Source of the DNA: an uncultured Clostridia bacterium
GTDB lineage: Bacteria > Bacillota > Clostridia > Christensenellales > Aristaeellaceae
Direction: 5' to 3'
NCBI GenBank assembly: GCA_934647145.1
Contig: CAKUFB010000001.1
Span: 1-37,078 of the forward strand
Length of the DNA stretch: 37,078 nt
The notes beneath the pieces were generated by a model. That model was not told the DNA's origin. It did not search any database and was given only the letters and a program-made list of their open reading frames with translations. Below, piece by piece: positions 35,749 through 37,078 of this stretch (position 1 is the stretch's first letter; every line of letters begins with the position of its first letter). Position numbers and translations under genes: made by a program.

Positions 35749-37062
35749 TCACTCCTCGATGCGGTAGACCTCCATCTGGCCGGGGGCGAGCCACGCGCCG
35801 TTGTGTACGCCGCTTTCGTCCCGGCGGTAATTGTTGCACACGTCGTTAAACCGGCAGGGAACCTCCGCGCCGCCCCAGGGGGTGGCCTGAACGCAGGCGG
35901 GGCCGCCGCCGAAGGCGCTGTTGGTGCGCGTGTCGTACATCGAGTAGGCCACGCGATACAGCTCCTTCACGCAGGGCTGCAGGTACAGGTGGAAGTAGCC
36001 GCTCTCGGTCTGCGAGTTGTTGACCAGCGCCAGGTACTTCGCGCCGCCGGGCAGGTGAAACAGCGAGACGAGCGCGGGCAGGCCGTGGTCGCAGGTCACG
36101 TTTTTGATCAGCGGATGCTCGTTGTACGCCAGCAGCGGATAGCCGCCGTAGGCGCGCAGGGCGTGCCAGGTCTCGTCGTGAATCAGGTCGCAGAACAGCG
36201 CGCCAAACTGGTTCTGGAAGGAGCGCTGCACGCGCGAGAGCCACTCGTAGGTCTCTGTGCGCTCGCCCAGCTCGTCGATCGGCGCGACCCGGTAGTTGAT
36301 GCGGCAGGTGCGCATGTACATGAAGAACCACCACACACAGTTTGCGCCGCTGGCCACGCTGGTGGTCAGTTGCCACCTCAGGTCGTCCTCCTTCGGGCAG
36401 CGATACCGGAAGTGCCCCACGCTCAGGTTGCTCACCCACAGCGGCAGGTGATGCCGCTTCGCCGCGCGGGTGTACTTGAAAAGCGACTTGTAATACTCGT
36501 TCACGCCGGTATCCGCCGCGTCGGGCGGGTTCATCTGGGAGTAGCGGTCATAGCTGATCTGCTGAAGGCCGCTCTTCTCGATGAATTCGTCGATCCACCG
36601 GTCGAACCCCAGCCCGCCGGTCATCTGCTCGCTGCCGTCGTAGTAGGGATTGAAGTTGATGAACGGGCGCAGGCTGGGCGCGCACTCCCGCTGCAGGCGC
36701 ACCGCCGCCTCCGCGTCGGAGAGCTGCTCGCCGCTGGGCTCGTCGCCCACGTAAAAGCCGTAGGCCGCCGGGTGACTTCCGAAGTCGCGCACCGCCTCCA
36801 TGAACCGCGCCCTGTAGCCCTCGGGATCGGTGCTCGCCCCGTTCCAGCTGGCGCGCGTGTCGTCGATCACCAGCCGGATGCCCTTCTCGGCGCACCTGTC
36901 CAGGAAGGCAATCAGCTCCTCCGGCCGGTTCTCCCCCGCGATGAAGCGCGGCGACAGGCACAGGTTCATCCCCGCGTCGCTCCAGTCCTTCACCGCCCTG
37001 TCCGCGTCGTACATGCCCAGCATCGCGTAATTCCAGAAGCCGAGCGGGAACTGCTTTTTCAT
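35749..37062 (-). CDS. putative glycoside-hydrolase-like (TIM-barrel type) protein, family not assignable by eye
   Basis: The 437-aa ORF has a GGAGGTGG RBS. ...GFWNY...DW.D.GMNL...GIRLVIDD...GFYVGDEP... resembles beta-strand-end motifs of clan GH-A enzymes. There is no signal peptide. Confidence 0.55.
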   Translation of the reverse strand: MKKQFPLGFWNYAMLGMYDADRAVKDWSDAGMNLCLSPRFIAGENRPEELIAFLDRCAEKGIRLVIDDTRASWNGASTDPEGYRARFMEAVRDFGSHPAAYGFYVGDEPSGEQLSDAEAAVRLQRECAPSLRPFINFNPYYDGSEQMTGGLGFDRWIDEFIEKSGLQQISYDRYSQMNPPDAADTGVNEYYKSLFKYTRAAKRHHLPLWVSNLSVGHFRYRCPKEDDLRWQLTTSVASGANCVWWFFMYMRTCRINYRVAPIDELGERTETYEWLSRVQRSFQNQFGALFCDLIHDETWHALRAYGGYPLLAYNEHPLIKNVTCDHGLPALVSLFHLPGGAKYLALVNNSQTESGYFHLYLQPCVKELYRVAYSMYDTRTNSAFGGGPACVQATPWGGAEVPCRFNDVCNNYRRDESGVHNGAWLAPGQMEVYRIEE

Positions 37063-37078
37063 ATTCCACCTCCGTTAA

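Overview
This is a visibly GC-rich chromosomal segment with Firmicutes/Clostridia-type signals: GGAGG Shine-Dalgarno sites, TTGACA-17-TATAAT promoters, an L-box riboswitch and a zapA...mutS2 neighbourhood. I support about 30 protein genes. Left to right they are: a partial alpha/beta hydrolase; glpK; an operon of a hyper-acidic tail-anchored protein and a membrane-anchored PQQ-like beta-propeller; a TetR unit with a 7-TM membrane gene broken by an in-frame TAG; and a sugar-utilisation block. That block holds a DHDPS/NanA-family lyase, LplB/LplC-type permeases, a large solute-binding protein, a membrane-bound AraC regulator and a truncated glycoside-hydrolase N-terminal fragment. Next come a pair of fused ABC exporter genes, tdk, zapA, a long U32 peptidase, mutS2, a GNAT, an OmpR-type RR/HK/HtrA operon, a Gfo/Idh/MocA-like protein and a YkuD L,D-transpeptidase. 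The window ends with a degenerate Cu/Zn-SOD-like protein carrying a Cys/Pro-rich tail, a lysine-riboswitch-controlled amino-acid ABC transporter, and a glycoside-hydrolase-like protein. I saw no rRNA, tRNA, CRISPR array, transposase, integrase or recognisable defence genes. I did not find a clear-cut new multi-gene system. The observations most worth a second look are listed here.
- The TetR / PPP mini-ORF / 7-TM module.
- The acidic-protein plus beta-propeller operon.
- The degenerate SOD-like Cys/Pro protein followed by four unrelated perfect hairpins.
- A diverged tandem repeat with conserved boxes between tdk and zapA.
- Gene-disrupting lesions: a TAG stop, frameshift(s) in the lplB-like permease, and a truncated GH fragment.
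All calls come from reading the sequence and ORF track by eye. No database search was run.
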